DNA of 64,000 nucleotides. Source: an uncultured Verrucomicrobiae bacterium (GTDB lineage: Bacteria > Verrucomicrobiota > Verrucomicrobiia > Opitutales > JABDGR01). Under the pieces are notes generated by a model, which was given only the letters and a program-made list of their open reading frames with translations, was not told the origin of the DNA and made no database searches. This document shows, in pieces, positions 32,115 through 42,227 of this stretch; the stretch's first letter is position 1; every line of letters begins with the position of its first letter. The stretch covers positions 544,001 through 608,000 of the forward strand of contig CAVXVB010000005.1 in assembly GCA_963765205.1 (NCBI GenBank). Direction: 5' to 3'. A program made the translations under genes and the position numbers.

Positions 32115-33821
32115 TCACCCCGCGCTGGGCAGCCAGAAGCGGAAGGTTGCGCCGGCGCCGGCGGGGGTTTCGACGAGTTCGATGTCGCCGCGGTGGTCGC
32201 GCAGGATGCGTTTGCAGATGGCGAGGCCGAGGCCGGTGCCGTCGTGGCGCGCCGTCAGGAAAGATTCGAATATTCTCGCGCGCAGCGCGGGCGGCACGCC
32301 GGGGCCGCTGTCGCGCACCGTCACCACCGCGACGCGCACGTTTTCCTTCGTCTCCTCATGCAATTCAATCTCAAGCCGGCCGCCGTGGGGCATGGCGTGG
32401 ACGGAGTTAAGCACGATGTTGAGCAGCACTTGCTGCAACTGGCCTTTGTGCGCATCCACCTTGAGCGGCCGCGCGGGCGGCTGGAATTGCACGGTGATTT
32501 TGCTTTGTTCGAGCTTGAGGCGCAGCAGCCGCAGCGTTTCCTCGATGACCGCGCCGAGCGACCAGCGCGCCTGCAGCGCCGTCCCGGATTTGGAAAAGCC
32601 CAGCACGCGCTCGACGATTTCGCCCAGGTGGCCGAGCTTTTCGCGGATGACGGCGAGGTCCTGCGCGCGCGCATCGCCTTCGGGAAAGCTCAGGTTGAGC
32701 GTGTCGAGCAGCAGCGTGATGACGGTGAGGGGATTGCGGATTTCGTGCGCGATTTCGGCGGCGAGCAGGCCGAGGGTCGTCAGGCGCTCGTTCTTGCGCA
32801 ACGATTCCTCGGAGGCGAACACCCGCGCATACAGCTCGGCGTTTTGCGCGGCGACGGCGCAGAGGTTGGCGAGTGTGGAAAAAATCCGGCGCTCATCATT
32901 GTTGAAGCGGTGGTGCTTTGCGGTGTAAACATTGAGCGCGCCGATCACCTGGTCGCCGACGAGAATGGGCGTGACGAGTAGCGAAACCAGCCCGGCGCTG
33001 GCCACCAAGCGCGTGAAGTGGTGCTCCTCCGTGCGCGCGAGGTTGAGCACCTCGATCTGTTTTTTGCGGCGGATGGCCGAGCCGATCACGCTATCGCCCA
33101 GCGCGAGGTTTTCGACCAGGTCGGCCGGGTCGTTGTCCTGCCCGGCCAGCGCGGCCAGGCGCAGCGATTCGCCGTCGGGGTTGAGCAGCAGCACCGCGCA
33201 CAGACGGCAGGGCATGAGGCCCAGGGCCTGGCGCGTCGCGGTGTCGAGCACAGCCTGCAATTCGAGCTTCGACACCAGCGATTGACCGGTGGTGATGAGC
33301 GATTCAAGCTGGCGCGCCTTCACGCGCAACTGGCTGATGAGCCAGAGGCGCCCGACCACCTTCGTCGCCTCGCCGGTAAGCAGCGTGAGGATCTTCGCCT
33401 CATGGTCGCCAAAGGCGTTGACGGTGTCGCTGTTTACGTTGACCACGCCGACGACCAGGCCGTCCAGCAGCATGGGCACGGCCATTTCGGAGCGAACATT
33501 TTCGCTCAGCTTCAAGTAGCGGCCATCCGCGCGCACGTCGGGTACCAGCAGCGCGCGCCCGTGCAGCGCGACCCAGCCCGTGACGCCCTGGCCGAGGAGC
33601 AGCTCGATGCCTTTTGAATTTTCCGGCAGGCCGCGGAAGACCTCGATTTGCAACCGGCGGCTGTCGGGGTTGACGAGCGCGATGGACGCGCTCGAGGCTG
33701 GCAGCACGCGCATGACCTCATCGAGGATGAGGCGCAGGGCCTCGTGGGCATCCTCGGTGTCGCTGACCAGACGCGAGATGTGATACAGCGCGTCGAGCAC
33801 GGTCTGGGAATCGTCGGCCAC
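32115..33821 (-). CDS. GAF-GAF sensor histidine kinase
   Basis: Two GAF domains (GQGVTGWVA, SEMAVPM), AHEIRNPL, LNSVHAM, DSGPG, GTGLGL. Confidence 0.92.
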   Translation of the reverse strand: MADDSQTVLDALYHISRLVSDTEDAHEALRLILDEVMRVLPASSASIALVNPDSRRLQIEVFRGLPENSKGIELLLGQGVTGWVALHGRALLVPDVRADGRYLKLSENVRSEMAVPMLLDGLVVGVVNVNSDTVNAFGDHEAKILTLLTGEATKVVGRLWLISQLRVKARQLESLITTGQSLVSKLELQAVLDTATRQALGLMPCRLCAVLLLNPDGESLRLAALAGQDNDPADLVENLALGDSVIGSAIRRKKQIEVLNLARTEEHHFTRLVASAGLVSLLVTPILVGDQVIGALNVYTAKHHRFNNDERRIFSTLANLCAVAAQNAELYARVFASEESLRKNERLTTLGLLAAEIAHEIRNPLTVITLLLDTLNLSFPEGDARAQDLAVIREKLGHLGEIVERVLGFSKSGTALQARWSLGAVIEETLRLLRLKLEQSKITVQFQPPARPLKVDAHKGQLQQVLLNIVLNSVHAMPHGGRLEIELHEETKENVRVAVVTVRDSGPGVPPALRARIFESFLTARHDGTGLGLAICKRILRDHRGDIELVETPAGAGATFRFWLPSAG

Positions 33822-33936
33822 GGTGAAAGAGACTTTGGACGGAATTTACGGAATTAACAAAAGAAAAGAACAGACGGGGTGCGTTCCACCAGGTCGTTTG
33901 CCGCCCACCATATCCAGTCGTTTGCCATCCACGTTT

Positions 33937-34514
33937 CTATTTCAACACCGGCGGAACCCTGAGCGGCGCGGGGGCTTGCTCGATGGCGCGGGCGCAGCGC
34001 AGGTAGTGGCTGATGACCCAGATTTGCGAGAGGAGGGTTATCCCGCCGAGGCCGTAAACGCCGATCATTTTCGTCTGGTGCCAGTTGTGGAGGATATATG
34101 CATCCGTCAGCCTATGCGTGGTATCCATGGATTTGATCAACGGAAAGACGCGGTTCCACAACTCGGAGGTTTTGGAATAATCCACCAGGATTTGATCCGG
34201 CACCTGGTAAAGCAGGTAGAAACTCCACAACAGGGCCAGCGTGCCGCAGGCCTGGTTAAGCGCGAGCACCTTCGCCCACCGGGCCTGGCCGGTCTTGAGC
34301 AGTTGGCGCCGCCAAACCAGCTCGATACGCCGATGATGAAGCAAAGAATGCCAAAATTCAACAGCAACACCCGGAGCGGCCCCGCTTTCACACACCCCGC
34401 GCCCAGCGCGCCCAGGATGGTGAGGATGTAGCTCCAGCCCCAGCCGTTGGCGGTGCGCGCGGCTTTTTTAAGAGGATTGGGCGCGGGGCGGGCGCTGGCG
34501 GGATAGGCAGGCAT
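33937..34514 (-). CDS. Membrane protein, frameshifted near 34328
   Basis: The TM-rich N-part (MPAYPAS...GILCFIIG) continues in another frame as IELVWRRQLL...; both parts are hydrophobic and coherent. Confidence 0.55.
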
Positions 34515-34765
34515 GATCAAAAAAACCAAAGGACGAGGCAGGGTAGGCGAAGGAACGCTGACTGGCAACCCCAGACCCATGCAATTCGTTTCCTCCCGTC
34601 CGCCCGCTGGGATTGGCGGGGTCCGTGGAAACATCTAAAATAAACGGTCGTTTGAATTCCGGACCGCAGATTTTAAGAAACCAGTTGCCCTTTTCACGGG
34701 TTTAAGAAGAATAGGCATCCGTCCCCCTGCTTGCGGCTGGCCTGGTAACTTTTCGCCGCCTCCCC

Positions 34766-36595
34766 ATGAACCCGCCGAAGCCGAATTTGCCCAAGGATTT
34801 TGAGAAACGCCGGGCGAATCTGCCCGCGCGGCCCCTCCCCCCGCCTCAGCCCGTTTCGCGCCCGCCGGATCAACCCACGAACTGGGGCCGCTGGGCGGTG
34901 TTCCTGGTTATTTTGGCCATCGTCGGCTGGTGGGTCGGCCGCGCGGTTTCTTTGCTCGGGCAGCCCGATGATTTGAAGATTTCCGGACTCGACAATTTGC
35001 CGACCAAATCGCGCGTGCTGGCCGTGCGGCCCGAACTGGGCGAGACGCCGGTCGTCGAAGCTTCCGATGCGGCCCCCGCCCCGGAGGTGGTTAACGATTC
35101 CGCCGCGCAGCTTGCCGACCAGGCCTTTGTCCCGGGGCCTTATGTGCCGGGTGAAGTGATTTTTCGCGCAGGCTCGTCGGAGCAACTGGCGGCGCTCGTC
35201 CAACGCGCCCAGGCGGCCGGGGGCACCCTGCTGGGCAGCATTCCCGAGGCTGATTCCGCGCGCATCGCCTTCCCCGACGCCGCCAGCATGGCCGGCTTTG
35301 TGCGCGACGGGAGCGGCGACGGCTCGCTGCTTGATCCGCAACTTAATTACACGGTCAGCCTGCCGGCGGCGCCCACGGCCGCCATTGATCCCTTCGCCCC
35401 CGGCTCCCTGCGGCCGTTTGGCGATTCGGTGATGCCCTACTTGGGGGTTCCGCGGGACAATGCCAACTGGGGCCAGGGTGTCGTCGTCGCCATGCTCGAC
35501 ACCGGCCTGGCCCCCGGCACGACATCAATATTGACCGGCACCGGCGGAGCCATTGCCCAATACGACATGACGGCCTCGCCGGACCCGCCGACGCTCGGCC
35601 ATGGCGACATGGTGGTTTCGCTGCTGGCCGGCGCCAATGGCGAACAAGGCATCGTGCCCGCCGCTTCCCTCATCAGCGTGCGCGTGCTCGGCGCCAATGA
35701 TGAAGGCAACGTCTACGGCGTCACAGACGGAATTTATACCGCCATCGCGCATGGCGCGCAGGTGCTCAACCTCAGCCTGGGCACCAATCAGACGAGTACC
35801 ATCCTCGAAGACGCAATCAATTACGCGCTATCCCAAAATGTGGTCGTGGTGGCGGCGGCAGGCAACGATGGCAATGGCCAGATCAGTTACCCGGCCGCCT
35901 ACCCCGGCGTGATCGCCGTGGGCGCGGTGGACGCGACGGGCCAGCGCGCCAGTTTTTCCGATTACGGGCCGGAGTTGGTCATCGCCGCGCCGGGTGTCGG
36001 GATCAACACGGTGACGACGGGCGGCATCATGTCCTTTTCCGGCACCTCGGCGGCGTCGCCGCTGGTGGCCGGGGCCATCGCCGGGCTGATGTCCACCAAC
36101 CCAAATCTGACGGGCCAGCAGGCGCAGGCCCTGCTCACGCATTATGCGGACTTTGCCGGCCCGGTCACCGCCTCCGGCACCAACGAGTTTTACGGCGCGG
36201 GAGAGATGGACGTGGGCCGCGTGCTCGACCGGGGCAATACCTCGCTCAGCGACGTGGCCGTGGCCGATTTGTATCTTAACGTGACTTCGATGCCCACGAC
36301 TCCGACTGCGCCGATGGAGGTTTCCATTCAAAATCGCGGGAACACGGTTTTGGGATCGGTTCTGGTCACGGTGGACGTTAATGGCGCGCAAACCACGCAG
36401 ACCTTCACCGGGCTGCAGCCGACGGAAGTGCGCGCGGTGGATGTGGATTTGCCGGTGCCGCAGTTGACCACCACGGGTGTGCAAGTGACGGCGCGGGCGG
36501 ACTCCGATCAGCCCGAGTATAAGCCCAACGACGCCGTCAAATCGCGCATCGTGCAGTTGGTGCCGGCGTCCGGCACTACCTCCCTCAGTAATTAA
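34766..36595 (+). CDS. Membrane-anchored S8 subtilisin-like peptidase with C-terminal CARDB/Ig-like domain
   Basis: Catalytic triad LDTG, GHGDMV, GTSAASP; AAGNDG oxyanion Asn; IQNRGN in the C-terminal domain. Confidence 0.92.
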   Translation: MNPPKPNLPKDFEKRRANLPARPLPPPQPVSRPPDQPTNWGRWAVFLVILAIVGWWVGRAVSLLGQPDDLKISGLDNLPTKSRVLAVRPELGETPVVEASDAAPAPEVVNDSAAQLADQAFVPGPYVPGEVIFRAGSSEQLAALVQRAQAAGGTLLGSIPEADSARIAFPDAASMAGFVRDGSGDGSLLDPQLNYTVSLPAAPTAAIDPFAPGSLRPFGDSVMPYLGVPRDNANWGQGVVVAMLDTGLAPGTTSILTGTGGAIAQYDMTASPDPPTLGHGDMVVSLLAGANGEQGIVPAASLISVRVLGANDEGNVYGVTDGIYTAIAHGAQVLNLSLGTNQTSTILEDAINYALSQNVVVVAAAGNDGNGQISYPAAYPGVIAVGAVDATGQRASFSDYGPELVIAAPGVGINTVTTGGIMSFSGTSAASPLVAGAIAGLMSTNPNLTGQQAQALLTHYADFAGPVTASGTNEFYGAGEMDVGRVLDRGNTSLSDVAVADLYLNVTSMPTTPTAPMEVSIQNRGNTVLGSVLVTVDVNGAQTTQTFTGLQPTEVRAVDVDLPVPQLTTTGVQVTARADSDQPEYKPNDAVKSRIVQLVPASGTTSLSN

Positions 36596-36710
36596 TCCGG
36601 GTGCGGGCGGGTGGGGTGTTGGGCGTGGCTGGCGTTGGAGTGCGCCCTTGAATCTAAAAACCGGACATTTGTACAGATTGGGTTATCATGCTCCGGTGCT
36701 GAGGCATTAT

Positions 36711-36764
36711 GGTCAGGACGCCGCTCCGTGGCGTCCGCTGTCGGCTCGGAGCGCCGTCCCAACC
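36711..36764. repeat. Degenerate REP-like palindrome
   Basis: GGTCAGGACGCCGCTCCGTGGCGTCC...CGGCTCGGAGCGCCGTCCCAACC. Confidence 0.5.
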
Positions 36765-36893
36765 CGCATTACCCTATTTCAAATGCTTCACTGCCGACCG
36801 AGCATATAAGTTTACAGTGTGTCGCGAATCCTTTATGATTGGTGGTTCCCTTTCCTGCTTTCCGACCTGTCCGTCCACCATCTTCCCTCGCCC

Positions 36894-37826
36894 ATGCTCG
36901 CGTTTCTGAAAAAATTCACCGAAGGACTCAAGCGCACGACGCCGACGTTCCACGCCGCGTTCGGCAAAATCGGCGGGCTGTTCACGCGCACGCTCGACGC
37001 CGGGAGCATCGAGCAGATCGAAGCCGCCCTCTACGGCGCGGACTTGGGCGTCGAAACCGCGCACGAGGTGCTGGCCGAGATCAAAGCCGCCTGGAAAAAG
37101 GACCCCGCCCTGCGCGGGCAGGACGCCGCCCAACTCGGCGCCGCCGTGCTCCAGCGCGTGCTTGCGGGCGCGGAGCAGCCGCCCAAGCTCTCGCCCGCCG
37201 CCGGGAAGCCGGAAGTCATCTGCCTCGTCGGCGTCAATGGCTCCGGCAAGACCACGACCGCGGCCAAACTCGCGTGGCATTACCAAAAGGAAAAACACCG
37301 CGTCGTGCTGGGCGCGTGCGACACTTTTCGCGCGGCGGCCAACGAGCAACTGCGCGTCTGGGCCGGGCGCCTCGGCGTCGAGATTATCGCCAGCCAGCCG
37401 GGCGCCGATTCCGCCTCCGTGGCCTTCGACGCCTGGCAGGCCGCCGCCAAACGCGGGCAGGACCTGGTCATCCTCGACACGGCGGGCCGCCTGCACACCA
37501 AGCACAACTTGATGGAGGAGCTGAAAAAAATCCGGCGCGTCCTGCAAAAGCACGACCCCGCCGCGCCGCGCCACCGCTGGCTGGTGCTCGACGGCTCACT
37601 CGGCTCGAATTCCATCGAGCAGGCGCGGGTCTTCCATCAGGCGTTCGACCTGACCGGCCTTGTCATCACCAAGCTCGACGGTACCAGCCGCGGCGGCGCG
37701 CTGGTCGGCATCTATCGCGAGCTAAAACTGCCGATTCATTTCGTCGGCCTCGGCGAGCAACCCGACGACCTGCAGCCTTTCTCCGCCGCCAATTTCGCCG
37801 ACGCGCTGTTCGGGGTGGAGGAGTAA
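36894..37826 (+). CDS. ftsY: Signal recognition particle receptor FtsY
   Basis: GVNGSGKTTT, DTFRAAA, DTAGR, TKLDGTSRGG. Confidence 0.97.
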   Translation: MLAFLKKFTEGLKRTTPTFHAAFGKIGGLFTRTLDAGSIEQIEAALYGADLGVETAHEVLAEIKAAWKKDPALRGQDAAQLGAAVLQRVLAGAEQPPKLSPAAGKPEVICLVGVNGSGKTTTAAKLAWHYQKEKHRVVLGACDTFRAAANEQLRVWAGRLGVEIIASQPGADSASVAFDAWQAAAKRGQDLVILDTAGRLHTKHNLMEELKKIRRVLQKHDPAAPRHRWLVLDGSLGSNSIEQARVFHQAFDLTGLVITKLDGTSRGGALVGIYRELKLPIHFVGLGEQPDDLQPFSAANFADALFGVEE

Positions 37827-37831
37827 GTATT

Positions 37832-38305
37832 TCACCGCGCCAAATCATTCTGGGTCAGGATGGTGATTTGGTTGCGTTGGAGCACTTCGGCGGCGAGGTC
37901 GGCGTCTTCGAGGCGCAGCACGAGGCCGGTCTTGCCGTGCGGGCGCATGAGGAAGGGGTAGATGTAATGGATGTTGATCTCGGCCTGCACGAGCGCGGTG
38001 GTGACGTGCTGGAGGCGCGCCTCGGTGTCAATTTCGATGGCCAGCACCTCAGCGAGGCTGTGCGAGAAACCGTGCCCGGAGAGCAGCGGCGCGGCCGTCT
38101 CGGGATAGTCCACGACCAGGCGGATGATGGTGCTGTCAGTGGTGTCCACCAGGCATAGGGCGAGAACATGCACGTCCTTGCTGGCGAGCAGCTTGACGAC
38201 ATCGTGCAAACGCCCGACCTTGTTCTCGGCGAAGACCGAGAACTGTTTGACGACGCCGCTGGAGCCGCCTTTGCGCGTCAGGGGTTTGGTCAGGGTCGGA
38301 GCCAT
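37832..38305 (-). CDS. Tandem ACT-domain protein
   Basis: KQFSVFAENKVGRL, IRLVVD, INIHYIY. Confidence 0.88.
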   Translation of the reverse strand: MAPTLTKPLTRKGGSSGVVKQFSVFAENKVGRLHDVVKLLASKDVHVLALCLVDTTDSTIIRLVVDYPETAAPLLSGHGFSHSLAEVLAIEIDTEARLQHVTTALVQAEINIHYIYPFLMRPHGKTGLVLRLEDADLAAEVLQRNQITILTQNDLAR

Positions 38306-38479
38306 GCGGGAGCGGAAGTGGCCGGCGCACGGGCCGTGCGGCGGGCCGGCCAAAGCCGGGCTTGTTCCTTGAGCCTAGCCGATATATCTGCGTTTGGCAC
38401 GCTGAATCTCAGGGCGGGACGCGGGCGTTTGCGGTTGCCACCGGCCGGTTGGTTCGGGCATAAGGATCAGCTTGCCCCC

Positions 38480-39496
38480 ATGCCACACTTTGCTGAAGTC
38501 AAACGCTACGAAAAAATTCCCTATACCCGCTGCGGGCGCAGCGGTCTTAAGCTGCCTCGCATCTCGCTGGGGCTGTGGCATAATTTTGGCGACCAGGACG
38601 ACCGGAGTTGGGCGCGCGAACTGGTGCTGGGCGCGTTCGACCGCGGCATCACCCACTTCGACCTGGCCAACAACTACGGCCCCCCCCCGGGGTCAGCGGA
38701 AATCAATTTCGGGAAGATCCTGCGCCAGGATCTTGCCGCCTACCGCGACGAATTGGTCATCTCGACCAAGGCCGGCTACACCATGTGGGGAGGGCCATAT
38801 GGCGACTGGGGCTCGCGCAAATACATGCTGGCGAGCCTGGATCAGAGCCTGCGCCGGCTGCAGCTTGAGCATGTGGATGTTTTTTACTCCCACCGGCCCG
38901 ACCCGGAGACGCCCATTGAGGAAACCATGGGCGCGTTGGCCCACGCCGTTCGCACCGGCAAGGCGCTTTACGTCGGTTTGTCGAATTACGGGCCGGAGCA
39001 GACAGCGGCGGCGGCGAAGCTCCTGCGTCAGATGGGCGCGCCCTGCTTGATCCACCAGCCGCGTTATAACATGATTGACCGCAAGCCGGAGCAGGGGCTG
39101 TTCTCGGTGCTCGAACGCGAAGGCATCGGCTGCCTCCCCTTCAGTCCGCTGGCGCAGGGGATTTTGAGCGACCGATATCTCGAAGGCCTGCCCGCCGGCT
39201 CGCGCGCCACGCGCAACCTGTTCCTCAAGACGGAGACGGTCGAGCGCCACCGCCCGATGGCGCAAAAGCTCGCGGCCATCGCCCAGGCGCGGGGGCAGAC
39301 GTTGGCGCAAATGGCGCTGGTTTGGGTGCTGCGGCAACCCGCCGTCACCAGCGTGCTGCCCGGCGCCAGTTCGTTGAAGCAAATCGAAAGCAACCTCGCC
39401 GCTTTGCAAAAAACGGAATTTTCTCCGGCGGAACTCGCGGCCATTGATGACGCCCTGGCAGGCGTGGATGCGGCGAAGGCCGGCCAGCCGATTTGA
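38480..39496 (+). CDS. Aldo/keto reductase, L-glyceraldehyde-3-phosphate reductase (YghZ/Gpr) type
   Basis: SLGLWHNFG, THFDLANNYGPPPGSAE, ISTKAGY, IHQPRYN. Confidence 0.93.
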   Translation: MPHFAEVKRYEKIPYTRCGRSGLKLPRISLGLWHNFGDQDDRSWARELVLGAFDRGITHFDLANNYGPPPGSAEINFGKILRQDLAAYRDELVISTKAGYTMWGGPYGDWGSRKYMLASLDQSLRRLQLEHVDVFYSHRPDPETPIEETMGALAHAVRTGKALYVGLSNYGPEQTAAAAKLLRQMGAPCLIHQPRYNMIDRKPEQGLFSVLEREGIGCLPFSPLAQGILSDRYLEGLPAGSRATRNLFLKTETVERHRPMAQKLAAIAQARGQTLAQMALVWVLRQPAVTSVLPGASSLKQIESNLAALQKTEFSPAELAAIDDALAGVDAAKAGQPI

Positions 39497-39505
39497 GCAG
39501 ACCCA

Positions 39506-39898
39506 TTAATACTTCGACATGTCCTCGATCTGAATGAGACCCTTGTCCTTGATTACCACCTGCAGGTGGAATCGTTGGCCGGAATTGAAATCGCCCTCGA
39601 CGCCATCCGGCAAAAAGACGGCCAGACGCCCGCCGGCGGCGTCCAGGGTCTTCACCACCAGCATCCGGCCAAAACCATCGTCCACCCGCAATTGCGACTC
39701 GATTTGCGCGTCGAGGTTGTAGTGATTGCCCTGTAATTCATTCGGCGAATTGCGATAGACTTCCACGCTGAACGCGGGCAACGAATGACGCAGATGATTG
39801 CGCACCACCATGAACACCCCCGCCGTGACGATCACCAGCAGCGGAATCAGGAACGCTACAAAGACCGGGTTGATTTTTCCTGTCCGGCGGCGTTTCAT
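39506..39898 (-). CDS. Membrane-anchored hypothetical protein, possibly OB-fold
   Basis: N-terminal TM followed by a small beta domain. Confidence 0.65.
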   Translation of the reverse strand: MKRRRTGKINPVFVAFLIPLLVIVTAGVFMVVRNHLRHSLPAFSVEVYRNSPNELQGNHYNLDAQIESQLRVDDGFGRMLVVKTLDAAGGRLAVFLPDGVEGDFNSGQRFHLQVVIKDKGLIQIEDMSKY

Positions 39899-40099
39899 GG
39901 GGATAAGGGGTGGGAACCAACGCTTCCATGATGCAGGCTGGGGCCGTGGGCTGCAACTGCAAAAGCAACCCCGGCCAGGGGCCGGGATTGCGCACCGGCG
40001 CCAAGCCGACTTGATTCCCGAAAACGCACCGTCTTTTCGCTATTGATTCCGCGTGTGATAAGAATCTATCATCGTAACATTGGTTTTCTTCTCGTTGAT

Positions 40100-42094
40100 A
40101 TGCATATCGGCCGGCCAATCAAAAACACCTCGCTGGCGGTCGTGTTTGCCACGCTGGCCCTGGTGCAATCGCTCGGCGGCGCCAATGCCGCGTCTCCGCC
40201 GCCCGCCAATGCGACCGCCCCGCGCCCGACGGATCACTGGGGCCTCGTCAACACCGGTGCGGCCACCAAGCTGGAGCAGGTCATTTGGTCGGGCAAGGAA
40301 TTTGTGGCAGTGGGTGGAACCACCATCGTCAGTTCACGGGACGGTTTGGACTGGAAGACAACCACGCCTGCGGGTTTGAAAAAAGCGCTGTGGAGCGTCG
40401 CGACCAACAACAAAATTTTTGTCGCCGTGGGCGACGGCGGGACCATTGTGACTTCGCCGGATTTGAAGAGCTGGACGATGCGCTCCACGGATGAAACCCA
40501 AAAATATTCGAGCGTTTTTTGGCTCGGCGACAAATTTCTCGCCGTCGGCGACACCGGCGTGAATGCGTCTTCGTCCGACGGTGCAACTTGGACGATGGGC
40601 GCGCCCTTCGGCAATTTTTATTTCACGCATGGAACGAGGAATGGAGACACGATCATGACCGGCGCCATCAATGCCCTGATTCAGTCGAATGATGGGGGTG
40701 CGACGTTTGCCAAGTCCATGGCCAACACCGGGCACATGGCGGATGTGGCCTGGGGCAACGATCTTTTTATCGCGGTGGGCGACGGCAAGAATGGCATACT
40801 GACCTCAGCTGATGGCAGCAAGTGGACCAGGCGCAATCCAGGAGTGAAGTCTGGATTGCACGGAGTGTGCTGGACCGGACAGGAATTTGTGGCAGTTGGC
40901 GACCACGGCGTCATTTTAACGTCAGCGGATGGCAATGATTGGATGCCCAGCGACACCGGCGGCAGTGCCGCGAATCTGGAGAGTGTGACAGGGAACGGAT
41001 CCGTATTTGTGGCCGTCAGTGACACCGGCGCCATCTTGAGCACCAATTTTAAATCCCTGGTGCCCAAGCCCGGGGCTTTTGCCACGCCGGCCAAAGGCAC
41101 CCCGTCGGTGGCGCCGGCGAGTGCAACGGGGGGGCCATTGCCGGAGGACACCATCAAGTCGCTGGTGATTATCACCGGCGACATCTCCACGGGCACCGGC
41201 TTTATTGCGAAAATAAAAACGAAATTTTTCATTGTGACCAACCAGCATGTCCTGTCCGGCAACAAAAAAATCACGATCACGGGCATGGACGGCGCCAAAT
41301 ATCCCACCACGGGCGCCCTTTACGGCGCAACGGAATACGATGTCGCGATTTTGGAAATTCCCGAAAATCTGGCCAAAAACCACCTGGAGCTCATGGATGA
41401 CCCGCAGAGCAACGCCAGCGTGGGCGACTCGGTCACCGTGCCGGGCAATTCCCTCGGGGCGAGTGTGCCGCTGCAAATCAATGGGAAACTGCTGGGCATC
41501 GGCCCCGCACTGGTGGAAGTGGACGCCAAATTTGTGCCGGGTAACAGCGGCAGCCCCATCATAGACCGCGCCTCGGGGCTGGTGATCGGCATTGCCACCC
41601 TAGCCATCACATATAATCAGGACACCATCACAAAATTCGACCTCACCTCAAACACCCGCTGGTTCGGTTACCGGCTGGATAATATTGACCCGGCCACCGG
41701 CTGGCAAAAGCTGGACTGGGCGCGGTTCAGCGCCGAAGGCGTCAAACTGGAGGCCATTACAATCCTGTCCAATACCATGATTGCCATATTAACCAACAAA
41801 ACTCCGCCGCAGGCGGACGATGTGCATGTCCGGAATGCGGTGGAAGCATTAAAGTCGGATGTTGCCCTGGCCGACCAGCAGAACAGCAAACAGGCTTTTA
41901 TCGAAGCCTACAAAGACTTCCATCTTAAACTGCACAATATCGCGACTGCCGACCTGCATGACCTGGCCAGCCAGCCCTTGTATCCCTACCATGCGAAAGT
42001 CCTTAAACAGCTCCAGGATTTGCAAACCGCCTTGGATGCGGCGTATGCCGAAGTTAGCGTGAAAATTGACGCCTTGTCGATCAGCCAGCACTAA
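40100..42094 (+). CDS. Secreted beta-propeller (BNR/Asp-box-like) fused to trypsin-like S1 protease
   Basis: Repeats FVAVG..G.I.TS.DG..W; triad TNQHV, YDVAIL, GNSGSP; helical C-terminus. Confidence 0.85.
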   Translation: MHIGRPIKNTSLAVVFATLALVQSLGGANAASPPPANATAPRPTDHWGLVNTGAATKLEQVIWSGKEFVAVGGTTIVSSRDGLDWKTTTPAGLKKALWSVATNNKIFVAVGDGGTIVTSPDLKSWTMRSTDETQKYSSVFWLGDKFLAVGDTGVNASSSDGATWTMGAPFGNFYFTHGTRNGDTIMTGAINALIQSNDGGATFAKSMANTGHMADVAWGNDLFIAVGDGKNGILTSADGSKWTRRNPGVKSGLHGVCWTGQEFVAVGDHGVILTSADGNDWMPSDTGGSAANLESVTGNGSVFVAVSDTGAILSTNFKSLVPKPGAFATPAKGTPSVAPASATGGPLPEDTIKSLVIITGDISTGTGFIAKIKTKFFIVTNQHVLSGNKKITITGMDGAKYPTTGALYGATEYDVAILEIPENLAKNHLELMDDPQSNASVGDSVTVPGNSLGASVPLQINGKLLGIGPALVEVDAKFVPGNSGSPIIDRASGLVIGIATLAITYNQDTITKFDLTSNTRWFGYRLDNIDPATGWQKLDWARFSAEGVKLEAITILSNTMIAILTNKTPPQADDVHVRNAVEALKSDVALADQQNSKQAFIEAYKDFHLKLHNIATADLHDLASQPLYPYHAKVLKQLQDLQTALDAAYAEVSVKIDALSISQH

Positions 42095-42170
42095 TGGCGG
42101 TGGCGCGACACCTGCTGGATGTCGCCAGCTTTGGTTGAATCGAGGCAAATACAGTTCATTGACGGGGGCG

Positions 42171-42205
42171 AAAAAAAACAGGCCGCCCGTTTGGGCGGCC
42201 TGTTT
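42171..42205 (-). terminator. Intrinsic terminator between convergent genes
   Basis: AAAAAAAACAGGCCGCCC-GTTT-GGGCGGCCTGTTT. Confidence 0.85.
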
Positions 42206-42227
42206 CCTGTCAAGACGCGGAAAACGA

